From Opitutales bacterium (GTDB lineage Bacteria > Verrucomicrobiota > Verrucomicrobiia > Opitutales > PNEW01), in contig CBDANS010000007.1 in NCBI GenBank assembly GCA_965197745.1, positions 1,760,001 through 1,824,000 on the forward strand: a DNA stretch of 64,000 nucleotides. Direction: 5' to 3'. Under the pieces are notes generated by a model. It did no database searches. It was not told the origin of the DNA and saw only the letters and a list, made by a program, of their open reading frames with translations. This document shows, piece after piece, positions 28,945-39,941 of this stretch (positions are counted from its first letter, which is position 1; each line of letters begins with the position of its first letter). The position numbers were made by a program, and so were the translations under genes.

Positions 28945-29754
28945 TTATCTGTGGGTGGGACGCATCGCCTGCTCTACCACATCCTTATCAAAATAATTAA
29001 GATCCATACCCGCATTGACGGTGATGCCTTGTCCGTTTATTCCACTCGATCGTTCACTTAAAAGGAATACCGCGGTATCCGCGACTTCTCTCGTCTCTAC
29101 GGCACGTTTGCGAAAAGTGAGTTTTTCCGCGAAGAGGAAATTTTTAAGGTACCCCGGTATTCCTGCCGAGGCGCTTGTTTTTAAAGGAGCCGCATTAATG
29201 GTATTAAAACGAATTTCGGTATCGAGGCTAAAGGATTTAGCAAGATTGCGGACACATCCAGCAAGTGCTGATTTAATTGGTGACATATATCCATAATTTT
29301 CTGCGGTTACCAGATCAGAAGATATCCCAATGGATACGACAGAGGCATTACTAGCCAATAGAGGTTTAAATGCTCGGACTATTTCGACAAGAGAAAAAGC
29401 AGAAATCGCGGTAGCCTGTAAAAAATCCTTTCGTTTCGTCTCGTGAAAAGGTTTAAAACCACCGCTATAATTAGCATAGGCAATTGAATGGACGATCCCA
29501 TGCAGGGGGCCCGAATTCTTTTTTATTTCCTCAGCAATTTTATTTATCTGATCTACCTGTTCAACGTCACAGATGTAAACAGGTTTATTGCCAAGCAGCT
29601 TTGAGATTGTCGTTTTACGTTCATCAGAACGCACACTGTAAATAACTTTTGCTCCTTCCGATTCCAGTATTTCGCTGATGTGCCAGGCGATACTTTTTTT
29701 ATTGGCAACACCAAACACGAGAAAAGTCTTATTTTCTATACCAAGATAACTCAT
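28945..29754 (-). CDS. Enoyl-ACP reductase (FabI-like SDR)
   Basis: GVANKKSIAW, HSIAYA, catalytic YGYMSPIK (YxxMxxxK) and PLKTSAS motifs. Likely start MSYLG at 29754; the ORF is open to 29811. Confidence 0.9.
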   Translation of the reverse strand: MSYLGIENKTFLVFGVANKKSIAWHISEILESEGAKVIYSVRSDERKTTISKLLGNKPVYICDVEQVDQINKIAEEIKKNSGPLHGIVHSIAYANYSGGFKPFHETKRKDFLQATAISAFSLVEIVRAFKPLLASNASVVSIGISSDLVTAENYGYMSPIKSALAGCVRNLAKSFSLDTEIRFNTINAAPLKTSASAGIPGYLKNFLFAEKLTFRKRAVETREVADTAVFLLSERSSGINGQGITVNAGMDLNYFDKDVVEQAMRPTHR

Positions 29755-29832
29755 GCCTGAATATGATTGTAGGGGTAGCTGATAACTCCTTTCAAGGTGT
29801 ATGGTAGGCACCTCAAGCTATATTTGATAACC

Positions 29833-30270
29833 TCAATCCTCTTCTTTGATCAAGGCAAGGGCAAAATCAAGGCTTAATACAAGCTTATCTTTCTTCCTTA
29901 TCGTGCCATGCAAAAAATGAAAATGACTCAAGGTTTCTTTGAATACGACATTTATTGTTATTTTATCACCGGGCCGCACGATCTCTTTAAATTTAGCTTC
30001 TTTAATTCTCGAAAGAATGGGAGTAAGGCCCTCTCTTGATTTTTTGCCAGAGTCTAATTTCCTGGTAAGATAAATGGCGCCCGTTTGAAAAACTGCTTCG
30101 CAGAGCAACACTCCCGGCATTATAGGATTTCCCGGATAATGCCCATCGAAAAAAAATTCGCCCGCTTGAATCTCTCGTGTTGCCGTGATACTTTCAGCGG
30201 TGATTTCCGATATATCATCAACAAAAAGAAACGGGGGACGATGGGGGATGCTTTGAAATATTTCCTTCAC
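29833..30270 (-). CDS. 3-hydroxyacyl-ACP dehydratase (FabZ-like)
   Basis: IPHRPPFLFVD, FFDGHYPGNPIMPGVLLCE and VRPGD motifs. Confidence 0.92.
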   Translation of the reverse strand: MKEIFQSIPHRPPFLFVDDISEITAESITATREIQAGEFFFDGHYPGNPIMPGVLLCEAVFQTGAIYLTRKLDSGKKSREGLTPILSRIKEAKFKEIVRPGDKITINVVFKETLSHFHFLHGTIRKKDKLVLSLDFALALIKEED

Positions 30271-30336
30271 ATGGATAAATGTAAGACCCCCTCCCCTCTC
30301 AGTCTTTTTTCCAACAGAAAGTGGAAAGTTTACACT

Positions 30337-31812
30337 TTATACGGATGCTTTATTTTTCCGCAACCCCCTATTTACGCTATACTTTATATCGCAAAGAAAT
30401 TTATCAATTTTGTTGGCGGTGATAACGCCATAATTAATCGTTCCCAACCAGCCGGACATGATGATGCCTACAGAACCGGCGTGATAAAGGCCCTTGAGAT
30501 AATTAGGGAGGTCCATTGAAACTTTAAGTCCTTCAAATTTAGTGCCAAATGAGGTTCCCCCCAGGTGCTTAGTATAATGGTTTATGGTCCGGGGAGTAGC
30601 CGCTTCCACATGATCGAGTTTGCTTCTAATGTCAGGTATCAATTTTTCCAAGGTACGCAGTGAATCTTCAATAATGCGTTCTTTTTCGCGTTTATATTCT
30701 TCATCAGAAAGAACACTCCAATCCTCCCAATTACTATTAAGAGAACATACAATGCTGTACCTGCGTTCTTTGAGATGGGGCCGGGTTTCCGGGTAGTATA
30801 TCGAAAATGTCCTGCTCGTAGTATGCATATCTATGAGCTCTTCACTGGTAAAGTTTTCTGCATCCGAAGTAAATACGAGGTCACCGATAAAAGGTATGCT
30901 CTCTCCACGTTTTACCCCTAAATAAACCTGGCAGGAACTCGAATTGACGCGAACTTTCTCAGCTTCTTCAACAAACTCGGGAGGGAAATTTTCAGGACCG
31001 ACAAGCCGTTCAACGGTGTTTTTAATATTCGCGTTTGAAAGTATCGCTTTGCACTTTATCTGTCTGCCATTTACCTGCACCCCGGCAATTCGCTGCGTCG
31101 TATCATCTTTATTCGTGATTATCTTTTCGACGAGACAGCGTTTGCGCAGATCAACACCGTTTTTTTCCATTTCCTTAACCATATTTTTTATCAGCACATC
31201 GGTTCCACCCCTGAAAGTATAAACTCCCTTGCTCATAAAATTTGAAAAAACGATTCCATATGTGATTGCGGGATCATCAAGAGAGGACCCGTTGGCATAA
31301 GCTATGGGCTCCATAAGCAATCTTTTTATGTCATCACGGCCCGGGAAAAATTCATCAAATAATTCTCCCGTGGTCTGTTTAATTTCGTCATAAAAATTCA
31401 TGCTTTTCAGGTGATTGAAAAAGCCTTCTACCCGATCTCTTGCCACTTTGAAGCGATCGACAAATATTCGGGTAAAATCGCTGCGGTCAAAAGTCGTCCA
31501 TATATTAAACTGGGGATTTATAAAACGGATGTTGCTTAGTTGAACAATAGAATCTGCAATTTCCTTCGTCCAATATTTACGACAGGATTTAATCATCCCT
31601 ATAGGGAAACCATGGAGAGAGATATCAAAAATGTGGCCACCGCGCCTGCGAAACCAGGTTGCGAGGCCACCGTACTGATAGTGGTGCTCCAGTAAAAGTA
31701 CTGAATGACCGCACTTTGCTAGATAATTGGCACCCGTCAAGCCCCCTAAACCACTGCCTATGACGATTACGTCATAATAATCCGATATATCCTTCAAAAA
31801 GTCTCTAGCCAT
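30337..31812 (-). CDS. Phytoene desaturase-like FAD/NAD(P)-dependent oxidoreductase
   Basis: [10 protein letters not shown]...[11 protein letters not shown]ossmann motif, EAATPRT and C-terminal GLYHAGS, typical of the CrtI/CrtISO/RetSat superfamily. Confidence 0.85.
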   Translation of the reverse strand: MARDFLKDISDYYDVIVIGSGLGGLTGANYLAKCGHSVLLLEHHYQYGGLATWFRRRGGHIFDISLHGFPIGMIKSCRKYWTKEIADSIVQLSNIRFINPQFNIWTTFDRSDFTRIFVDRFKVARDRVEGFFNHLKSMNFYDEIKQTTGELFDEFFPGRDDIKRLLMEPIAYANGSSLDDPAITYGIVFSNFMSKGVYTFRGGTDVLIKNMVKEMEKNGVDLRKRCLVEKIITNKDDTTQRIAGVQVNGRQIKCKAILSNANIKNTVERLVGPENFPPEFVEEAEKVRVNSSSCQVYLGVKRGESIPFIGDLVFTSDAENFTSEELIDMHTTSRTFSIYYPETRPHLKERRYSIVCSLNSNWEDWSVLSDEEYKREKERIIEDSLRTLEKLIPDIRSKLDHVEAATPRTINHYTKHLGGTSFGTKFEGLKVSMDLPNYLKGLYHAGSVGIIMSGWLGTINYGVITANKIDKFLCDIKYSVNRGLRKNKASV

Positions 31813-31924
31813 ATATACGATAAATGCTTACGTATAAAATATAGTTTCGCAACAAGTTTCGCACAATAAATCTATCCTCTGCTGCAAACTAAGATTCCCC
31901 AGTCTAGTCTTGGGCAGCTTATTA

Positions 31925-33175
31925 TTAAATACCCAGGGAAATACGATTAATGATGAAGAGCAGACCAAAGGTGGTAAAATATACCAATCCCAGGATACTC
32001 AATACCCGCATACCTTTACCTGGCCTGTGCGCTTCAGGGGTGTGAGAGGAAGTGATAAGACGATAATTCAGGTAGGCAAATGCAGGTGCCGCGAGAAAAG
32101 CTATTATGGTGGCAAGGTCGACGAGTGCCGTGAGGCGATTAAGAAAAGAATTAATAATGGTAATACTGATCAGGCAGCCAACTCCTATCCCTATCCACTG
32201 TAAATGACGGCTGCTTGTTTTAATATTTTTAAAGGCCAATTTAACGCCAACTGCCAGTGAACGAGGATAGGCATCAATGACCGTTAAAGTCGTTGAAAAC
32301 ATGGCCGTGAGGGCTGCTATAGCTATAAAAGGAGTAGCCCATTGGCCGAGATTATGGGTGTAAAGATTGACGATTTGGGCGGCAAATTTTGATCCCGATT
32401 TTTCAATCACTTCCCCTGATCCATGCATCACGAGATAACCCAGCATTAGAAAAATAACCGCTAATATAACGGTTAAAAAAAATCCGAAATTAAAATCAAA
32501 TTTCGCCTCTTTAATTGATGTTCGTCTCCCCAAATTTTTCTCATTAGCCATGATCCAGAGTGACTGCCAGACAGAAAGCTCAATGGGGGCAGGCATCCAA
32601 CCCATAAGGGCTATGATAAATCCCAGGCTCGCTCTGTTCCATGCGGAAGGGCTGTTAAATTCGCTTGCTGCGACCGGGCCGTGAATAAATGCCATGAGAA
32701 AAGCAATAATTGTGGCTAGAAAGAGGACAAACATGGTTGTTTTTATGCAATAGTCTAACCAAGTATAATGGCCGACTATTATAATGGTTGCGCAAATCCC
32801 CATAAGGATAGCACTCCAAATAGTCCCATTTAAATCAATACGAAAAATATTCTCCATTAGTCCGGCAGTGACAAAGGTTACAGCCGCGATACTGACAATT
32901 GCGCTTATTAAATTAAGGAGGAGGAATACATATAAAAAACCAGGACCTAACCGTTGGTAGCCGTGCAGTAAACTCTCTCCAGTAGCAACCGCATACCTAT
33001 GTCCGTATTGAAAAAAGGGGTATTTGAAAAGGTTTGCGAGTAGAATAATTACTATTAATTGAGTGCCATAATCGGCCCCAGCTCGTGTTGACTGGACTAG
33101 ATGAGACACACCAACGGCCGCGCCGGCCATTAGTATGCCAGGTCCTATCGTTTTAATAGCATTAAATTTAGGCAT
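31925..33175 (-). CDS. NRAMP-like divalent cation transporter family protein
   Basis: GPGILMAGAAVGVSHLVQSTRAGA, GWMPAP and AMFSTT motifs; roughly 11 hydrophobic segments. Confidence 0.8.
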   Translation of the reverse strand: MPKFNAIKTIGPGILMAGAAVGVSHLVQSTRAGADYGTQLIVIILLANLFKYPFFQYGHRYAVATGESLLHGYQRLGPGFLYVFLLLNLISAIVSIAAVTFVTAGLMENIFRIDLNGTIWSAILMGICATIIIVGHYTWLDYCIKTTMFVLFLATIIAFLMAFIHGPVAASEFNSPSAWNRASLGFIIALMGWMPAPIELSVWQSLWIMANEKNLGRRTSIKEAKFDFNFGFFLTVILAVIFLMLGYLVMHGSGEVIEKSGSKFAAQIVNLYTHNLGQWATPFIAIAALTAMFSTTLTVIDAYPRSLAVGVKLAFKNIKTSSRHLQWIGIGVGCLISITIINSFLNRLTALVDLATIIAFLAAPAFAYLNYRLITSSHTPEAHRPGKGMRVLSILGLVYFTTFGLLFIINRISLGI

Positions 33176-33649
33176 TCAGGCTTTTACTTCACAACAAAAC
33201 ATAGACGTTATGGTCGAGATAAAAATTTCCCCTGGCGCCCGGACAATAAAAAATTGCAAGCTTCCTGCCAATGAGAATCCCTCGAAAACAGTCCGTGTTT
33301 GGCTGCATCCTGCTTAATGAATCTCACCAACACCGAGGGAGTCAGCGGTTTTCTTCTTTTCTTCTACTATTGTAAATTCCCCTACTGCAGGATCATAAGT
33401 CAGGATCTCAGACCTCCGAATCGGATACAGACACTTAATTTTGCAATGGATTTTAATTTATCTTCCATTCAATTGAAAGCAATCGAGCTATAAACTTTAT
33501 CCATAAATTAACCCAGAATAATTGCATATTCGTGAAAGTAAATAATTTGTGAATCTCAAATAAAACGTAAATTATTATTGCAGAATGGGCGTAAATTCTA
33601 AGATTGTTAAATTAGCATTTTATTTATAGAGTATTGATAAATTACCTGT

Positions 33650-34312
33650 ATGAAAAGCGTTGTTATTATTGAAGACCAGACTGCAGTTCGGGAAATGGTT
33701 GCCCAAATCGTGCAATCGGAGCCTGGGTTTGAAGTGGTAGCGGAAACGGGGGACGGTCAAGTTGCCTATAATCTCTGTATGGATCTCAAGCCGGATTTTG
33801 TCATTCTGGATATTATGCTCCCGGGCCTTAATGGGGCCGAAGTCCTGCGACGTCTCACAAAACACCTCAAAAACACCCGTGTCCTCGTTTTTTCCGGATA
33901 TCAGAACCACAGCCTGGTGCGCGACCTCCTGCAAGCTGGAGCTCATGGATTTGTAGAAAAATCAGCCCCCCTCTCAGAATTGAAAAAAGGCATACAGGTA
34001 GTAGCAAGTGGAGGCAGTTATTTTGGTCCTGAGGTCGCCCAATTTCTTCGTGAAGCAGTTGCTAATCCCTCAACCTCAAAAGCCCCTAGTATTGATGTTT
34101 TAACCGCCAGAGAACGGGAAATCCTTCAACTCATTGCGGAAAGCAATAGCACCAAAGAAGTTGCAGCAAAGCTGAGTATTAGTGTCAAAACGGCGGAAAA
34201 TCATCGCACTAATCTGATGAAAAAATTAGATCGGCATGATGTTGCAAGCCTGACCCGTTACGCTATCGAACAGGGCTTAATTGAGAGTACGAGTATCAGT
34301 AATAGTATTTAA
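33650..34312 (+). CDS. NarL/LuxR-family response regulator
   Basis: IIEDQ and LDIMLP receiver motifs; LTAREREIL...[13 protein letters not shown]. Confidence 0.95.
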   Translation: MKSVVIIEDQTAVREMVAQIVQSEPGFEVVAETGDGQVAYNLCMDLKPDFVILDIMLPGLNGAEVLRRLTKHLKNTRVLVFSGYQNHSLVRDLLQAGAHGFVEKSAPLSELKKGIQVVASGGSYFGPEVAQFLREAVANPSTSKAPSIDVLTAREREILQLIAESNSTKEVAAKLSISVKTAENHRTNLMKKLDRHDVASLTRYAIEQGLIESTSISNSI

Positions 34313-35158
34313 CTCCTGCTCTAATCGCTCTTTTAAAAGAGGTATCAATTTTTTTTCCTGACCGATAAGACCCGTTAGGTAGGTTGTTAATTCCAGGTGC
34401 TTTTTTTCTGCCCTCTGGCAAATGATGGCGATATCGCCGTTTGCCGCGGCATGATGCCCCGGTGAGAAGAATAACAAAGCTATTATGACATCACCTTGGC
34501 AATATCGTTCTTCATCCAATAAGTGTTCCAGTAAAGGATCATTAAATGAATATTTATCACCCGCTCTTCTTTCCATTGAGGCACTTGCTATCTCCCTCAC
34601 TTTACCTCGCAGTGATGTGTTCAATTGCCGGGTAAGGTAAATGCGCACTTTATTAACCGCTGGCTCCGGAGTTCCATGATCAACGAGAATGACGGCTGGA
34701 TTTTTCAGATTATTATTCTTTATAACGCGAAGAATTCCTTCGGTCAGTATATGTGACATGGAAAAATCAGTACCCTCATCAACATCGACAAGGTGCTTGG
34801 CAATGCGAATTTTTAATTGAGGATAAGTTTTTTTAAGATGTGTTATGCGATCGGGTAAATAGCGTGTTAATGCTCTACTGGGGCCAAAAAAAAGTGGAAT
34901 TACGATGAAATTGAAAACTCCATCTTGTGCCAAGGATCTTACCGTTGGTTCGAATAATTCTGCTTTTTGACAATTCAACCGATCAATCTTAATAGAACTG
35001 GAATGAAGCAATGATATCGGTCTTATCTTATGCCCTGATAATGCTGTTAATTGTTCTGCAATGTGCCTTAAGTTTAAAGTAGCTTCAGGTTTTAGTGACC
35101 CATTATCCATTAGCAAGCATACCGGCTCATTGTTAATCCCATGTGATTGTCTTGCCAT
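34277..35158 (-). CDS. CbiX/SirB-like chelatase-fold protein (two domains)
   Basis: LMDNGS...PLFFGPS domain followed by a LVDHGT...FFSPGHHA domain. Confidence 0.75.
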   Translation of the reverse strand: MARQSHGINNEPVCLLMDNGSLKPEATLNLRHIAEQLTALSGHKIRPISLLHSSSIKIDRLNCQKAELFEPTVRSLAQDGVFNFIVIPLFFGPSRALTRYLPDRITHLKKTYPQLKIRIAKHLVDVDEGTDFSMSHILTEGILRVIKNNNLKNPAVILVDHGTPEPAVNKVRIYLTRQLNTSLRGKVREIASASMERRAGDKYSFNDPLLEHLLDEERYCQGDVIIALLFFSPGHHAAANGDIAIICQRAEKKHLELTTYLTGLIGQEKKLIPLLKERLEQELNTITDTRTLN

Positions 35159-35241
35159 TTTATAATTTCATCGTCTATTAAATTGCTTGCACCCTTAACA
35201 GTTTAAATATAGTAGATAAACTTTCATAAAATTTTCAAATC

Positions 35242-35790
35242 ATGATAAAGCTTTGTAAATTTTCAATAATCGTTACTCTTTCCTTTTTATTTCTGCTTGC
35301 ATGCTCGCAAACGGTTCCACCAAGTCCGGGGGATACGATGGGAAGCAGCCAGACAGGTAACCGAAAGGATTGGGTCGACGCTACTGATATTTATGGTTCC
35401 GGTGCGGCAGGTTTGGAATTGCGGGGTGATGGCATATCGGGGAATTATGTTGAAGGCATATTGCCTACCATATTTTTTGATTTTGACCAGTCTTTCATTC
35501 GACCCGGTGAACGCGATAAAATTGTCCAGGCTGCAAATTACCTTAATTCCAGCCCTCAAGATCGAATTCTCATTGAAGGTCATTGCGATTGGAGGGGCAC
35601 TGCGGAATACAATCTTTCTCTGGGTGATCGACGCGCCAACAGTGTAAGTGAATATTTAGCTACCCTTGGAATTGAAGCAAACCGTATTGAAACTGTTTCA
35701 AAGGGAGATCTTGAAGCAATTACAGATAGCAGTGAAAATCAAATGCAGGAAGATCGCAGAGCGGACCTGATTGTCATTCAACCGCTATAG
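35242..35790 (+). CDS. pal: Peptidoglycan-associated lipoprotein (Pal/OmpA family)
   Basis: Lipobox LLAC, IFFDFD and IEGHCDWRGTAEYNLSLGDRRA motifs. Confidence 0.88.
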   Translation: MIKLCKFSIIVTLSFLFLLACSQTVPPSPGDTMGSSQTGNRKDWVDATDIYGSGAAGLELRGDGISGNYVEGILPTIFFDFDQSFIRPGERDKIVQAANYLNSSPQDRILIEGHCDWRGTAEYNLSLGDRRANSVSEYLATLGIEANRIETVSKGDLEAITDSSENQMQEDRRADLIVIQPL

Positions 35791-35895
35791 TCGCAGTCAA
35801 AAGAAATAGCGGCCATTCATTTCGTATTCTATCCTTTCTTCGGGGAAAATTTTTCTTCAGCGCAATGGATGAAATAAAAATCTATAGAATACTTT

Positions 35896-36681
35896 TTAAT
35901 TATCAGCCAGTTTACTTTTGGCAATGGTAACGAGCTGAATAAAAGATTTTGTTTCAAGAGAAGCACCGCCAATCAAGCCGCCATCGATGTCAGGTTGATC
36001 AAGTAATTCTGAAGCGTTACCGATATTCATCGAGCCACCGTAAAGAATTCTAATTTTTGATGCGGGCAATTCTCCGAAGTGCGAAGCGAGTGTTGCTCGC
36101 AATGCCAGGTGTGCTTCCTGGGCTATTTCCGGTGTTGCATTCCGGCCCGTACCAATGGCCCACACAGGTTCGTAAGCTATTACCAGTGAAGTATCTTTAT
36201 TAATGGTAACCCCTTTCACGGCACCGTCTAGCTGTCCCTTCAGAACCGCCATAGTTTTCCCCTGCTCCCGTTCCGCTAAAGTTTCACCAATGCAGATAAT
36301 GGGTTTGAGATTATTTGCTAAAGCAGCCAGGACTTTGGCATTGATGAAACTATCGGTCTCTCCAAATGAGGTGCGTCTTTCACTATGGCCGATAATAACA
36401 TAATCGCAAAAGAAACTCCGGAGCATCTCCGCCGATATTTCACCGGTAAAAGCACCAACGGATTCGGAGTGCATATTTTGAGCGCCAAGCTCAATGTTAG
36501 AGTGTTCGAGAACATTTGCGACACGCTCAAGGGCGATAAAAGGAGGACATACAATCACCGTGATATCTGTTTCTTCACCCACTGCATCAGTAATTTCAGC
36601 AGCGAGTACACCCGCTTCGACGGGTGTTTTGTTCATCTTCCAGTTACCGGCAATGATACATTTCCTGAGTTCGCTATTCAT
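35896..36681 (-). CDS. tpiA: Triosephosphate isomerase
   Basis: AGNWKM, GHSERR, AYEPVWAIGTG and YGGS motifs. Confidence 0.98.
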   Translation of the reverse strand: MNSELRKCIIAGNWKMNKTPVEAGVLAAEITDAVGEETDITVIVCPPFIALERVANVLEHSNIELGAQNMHSESVGAFTGEISAEMLRSFFCDYVIIGHSERRTSFGETDSFINAKVLAALANNLKPIICIGETLAEREQGKTMAVLKGQLDGAVKGVTINKDTSLVIAYEPVWAIGTGRNATPEIAQEAHLALRATLASHFGELPASKIRILYGGSMNIGNASELLDQPDIDGGLIGGASLETKSFIQLVTIAKSKLADN

Positions 36682-36710
36682 AACATATTTAAAATTTGAA
36701 AATTGCCTTA

Positions 36711-37913
36711 TTACTTTTTATCGAGAATTGAAACACCGGGTAAGATTTTACCTTCGAGGAACTCCAAGCTCGCGCCACCGCCCGTGCTGATAAAGGAAAC
36801 CTGGTCTGCATACCCACTTTTCCGCATGGCGGTCACTGAATCTCCTCCCCCCACAATTGAATTGGCTCTGTTGTTTTCCGACACTGCTTGAGCCATAGCA
36901 AATGTTCCTCTATTACAGGAATCAATTTCAAATATACCCATGGGGCCATTCCAGAGAATGCTATTTGCTTTGGCTATCTCCGATTGAAATAGTTGAATGC
37001 TTTTGGCTCCTATGTCTACACCTTCCCATCCATCCGGTATATCACCGGTGACTGCTTTGATTGTTCCCACTGTCCCGTTATCGAAATCAAGGGTGTCGGT
37101 AATAAGGTTGTCGACAGGAAGGATTAATTTAACCCCAAACTTCTCCGCTTTTTCCATACTGGATCTAGCCACTTCAATTTTGTCAGGTTCTACTGGGCTC
37201 TTCCCAGTTTTCCTGCCTTCAGCCAGGTAAAAAGTATAAGCCATCGCTCCACCGATAAGGATGGTATCTGCCCTTTCGATGAGTGAATTGATAACATTAA
37301 TTTTGCCACTTACTTTTGCTCCCCCCAGGATGATAACATAAGGTTTCTTTGGGGTCTTTGTTTGCTCCCCCAAATAAGTAAGTTCTTTTTCCATGAGAAA
37401 TCCAGCAACTTTAATCGGCATATATTTTGGGGCGCCGCTAATAGAGGCATGTTCCCGATGAGAGGCTCCAAAGGCATCGTTTACATAAATCTCACCTATT
37501 GCCGCCAAAGCTTCGTTGAATGTATTTTCATTCCCCTCTTCTTCTGCGTGGAAGCGTAAATTCTCAAGGAGGATAACCGAGCCAGATTTCATGTTTTTCG
37601 CGGCTTCTTCTACCTCAGCACCGATACAGTCATCAAGGAATATTACCGGACGACCTATTTTCGCGGCGAGATCAGCGGCAACCGGTTTGAGACTGTATTT
37701 GGAATTTCGTTTCCCCTTGGGTCTTCCTAAGTGGCTGCAAAGAATCAGTTTTCCTTCATGCTCAAGGATGTATTTAATGGTCGGTAATGCCGCTTCTATA
37801 CGTGTGCCATCTGTGATCTTGCCATTTTCGTCCAGAGGGACATTGAAATCAACCCGTAGCAGTACGCGCTTGTCAGTTAGATCAACGGACCTGATAGATT
37901 TAAATTTTTCCAT
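36711..37913 (-). CDS. pgk: Phosphoglycerate kinase
   Basis: RVDFNVP, SHLGRP, LLENLRF, WNGPMG and STGGGASLE motifs. Confidence 0.98.
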   Translation of the reverse strand: MEKFKSIRSVDLTDKRVLLRVDFNVPLDENGKITDGTRIEAALPTIKYILEHEGKLILCSHLGRPKGKRNSKYSLKPVAADLAAKIGRPVIFLDDCIGAEVEEAAKNMKSGSVILLENLRFHAEEEGNENTFNEALAAIGEIYVNDAFGASHREHASISGAPKYMPIKVAGFLMEKELTYLGEQTKTPKKPYVIILGGAKVSGKINVINSLIERADTILIGGAMAYTFYLAEGRKTGKSPVEPDKIEVARSSMEKAEKFGVKLILPVDNLITDTLDFDNGTVGTIKAVTGDIPDGWEGVDIGAKSIQLFQSEIAKANSILWNGPMGIFEIDSCNRGTFAMAQAVSENNRANSIVGGGDSVTAMRKSGYADQVSFISTGGGASLEFLEGKILPGVSILDKK

Positions 37914-38015
37914 TTCTGAGCGGCAGTTTTCCGCAGTTTGCTAATTTATATTATTTCTTGATAATATAAAAAGAGATGGCATCGACTAATGATCATTATA
38001 TTATACATCGAATGC

Positions 38016-39941
38016 TCAGACAACGGTGGCTAATGCTTCAGCAATTGGTCCTTGTGAGACGCCATCTATACGTAATTCTGCAGTTACGAGCTGACGACCA
38101 TGGCCATTGCCTGATGGCGCCCGCATTTTTAATTTGATCTCACCCCGGGCTTGGACATCCAGAGTAATAGAGACATATTCGTTTGATGCGATCCACCCTT
38201 CAGGAGGTAAAAGTCTCGCTTCGTATGTAGTTTGACGATCAAAATTATTTCGAAGAAGAAGCACGTAATCCAATTCCTTATCTGGTTCCACTTCTGCGAC
38301 ATAGGGCAACATCCTGACCCAGAATAAGTCAATATAGTGATCGGCGGGAGCGGCGACAAGGTTTCGGAAGGCCCGCTCTTTACTTATAATGAAGTTTGCA
38401 TACTCATCCAAAACCGACTTATCACAATTTAAAACATCATTATGACCTGGACAGATTAATTCCGGAGAAATTTTACGCATTACTTCTATGCATTGGCGAT
38501 GCATGTCCAACTGAAAACTATTACGCAAAACGGTTGTCTGGAAGGGTCTGCTTTCAGTTTTCAGCCCTACTAAAACATCCTGAAAGAAAATATTATCTCC
38601 AGTGAATGCGACTTTTCGGCCATCAATCTGGCCGGAAATTATTGAATGATATTCTGTCTGACCGGGAGCAAAGCAAACATCGAAAGAATATTCTTCCCAT
38701 TCAAGTCTTTCCTTATCCTTCAATTGACGGTCAATACGAATAGGTTGATGAAATGTACAGGGGGTAGATGCCCAAGCAGCCGGATCTTTCAATACTTGTG
38801 CTACTTGCTCTAAGGCAAAGCATTTTGTGCCGTAATATTTCTGCAAATGAGGAATACCACAGGTGTGATCATCATGAATATGTGTGGGGACCGCCAGGTC
38901 GATTGCCGTCACATCATAGTCTTCACGTAGTTCTTTCAAGTGATGTTCAATGAAGCGCATGGATTCAAAGCCATCATGATCAGAGCCAATGTGCATATTG
39001 GGTATAAATGCGTGCCCGTAATCGATGAACATCGCCTTGCCTGAATTGGAAAGAATGACATAGAAGTTGGAACAAGTCCAACTACCGCCCCATAAAAGAT
39101 GGGGTGAAAGGCGAACGAATTTCGGATTTGGTAGAAATGTTACTTCAGGATTGGATGATTTATCATTTGATATTCTTAATCCCCGCCCCAGAGATGCCAG
39201 GTCCATCAGTCGGGCTTCGAGCTGATCGATATCTTTCAAAGGTTTTTCTATGGGATCGCCATGCGAAGGTAAAAATAGTGGGGCCTTTTCAAAATCGCTA
39301 TTTTTCCATGATCGTCCGGCTACTATATCGCCATTGAGACAGTCTCTTAAGGCTTGAATAGACTGCAGTGTAAATATTACTCCTATCATATCGCCATAAG
39401 TATATTCCATGGCATGAAGTTGATAGAGGTGTCCCCCCATTGTCATTAAATCTCCGGTAAATCCAATCAGACACCCATCTATTGAGACCAAAAGCGTGAT
39501 CGAACCCAAGGTGTGGCCCTTTCCCGGTAAAATATAAAATTCATATCCTCGCCACTCAAAGCTTTCATAATCTATCAGCGTTGCCGATACGGGAATATTC
39601 TGACCTATAGAAAAGAACGTGTTGCGGTCATTGTAATTATCAAATACACGACGTGATTGCCAAAAAACCTCTGCTTTATCGAAAAGATGCTTTTCATATT
39701 GGGGTACCGCAATTTGCGTCCCGCCTGCAATCAGTTTGGAATCACCCCAGCACTGATCACGGTGATGATGGGTATGAAGTATCCACTCGATTTTACGACA
39801 CCCTATTTCAGAAAGTTTTTCCGCAACTATACCGGATCCGCTATCTATTAATAGGGCCGCATCACCTTCCTTAATTACGTAGACATTACAAGTATCTTTA
39901 ATCAGCCATAAATGTTCTGATAATTGTTTTAATTCCTGCAT
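38016..39941 (-). CDS. Tandem metallo-beta-lactamase-fold hydrolase
   Basis: Two MBL modules: THHHRDQ...GHT...FTGD...PSHG and THIHDDH...FTGD...PGH; beta-rich C-terminal domain. Confidence 0.85.
   Translation of the reverse strand: MQELKQLSEHLWLIKDTCNVYVIKEGDAALLIDSGSGIVAEKLSEIGCRKIEWILHTHHHRDQCWGDSKLIAGGTQIAVPQYEKHLFDKAEVFWQSRRVFDNYNDRNTFFSIGQNIPVSATLIDYESFEWRGYEFYILPGKGHTLGSITLLVSIDGCLIGFTGDLMTMGGHLYQLHAMEYTYGDMIGVIFTLQSIQALRDCLNGDIVAGRSWKNSDFEKAPLFLPSHGDPIEKPLKDIDQLEARLMDLASLGRGLRISNDKSSNPEVTFLPNPKFVRLSPHLLWGGSWTCSNFYVILSNSGKAMFIDYGHAFIPNMHIGSDHDGFESMRFIEHHLKELREDYDVTAIDLAVPTHIHDDHTCGIPHLQKYYGTKCFALEQVAQVLKDPAAWASTPCTFHQPIRIDRQLKDKERLEWEEYSFDVCFAPGQTEYHSIISGQIDGRKVAFTGDNIFFQDVLVGLKTESRPFQTTVLRNSFQLDMHRQCIEVMRKISPELICPGHNDVLNCDKSVLDEYANFIISKERAFRNLVAAPADHYIDLFWVRMLPYVAEVEPDKELDYVLLLRNNFDRQTTYEARLLPPEGWIASNEYVSITLDVQARGEIKLKMRAPSGNGHGRQLVTAELRIDGVSQGPIAEALATVV

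Noticed and set aside
30337..31812. Carotenoid pathway gene crtI
   Set aside because: No crtB/crtE or other carotenoid genes in the window; the context is fatty-acid enzymes.
33372..33425. TPP-riboswitch-like words (CTGAGA...CCTGA...GTAGGGGA) on the minus strand upstream of the NRAMP-like gene
   Set aside because: No room for P3, no ACCC P2 strand and no pairable P5 stem; probably coincidental. An Rfam scan would settle it.
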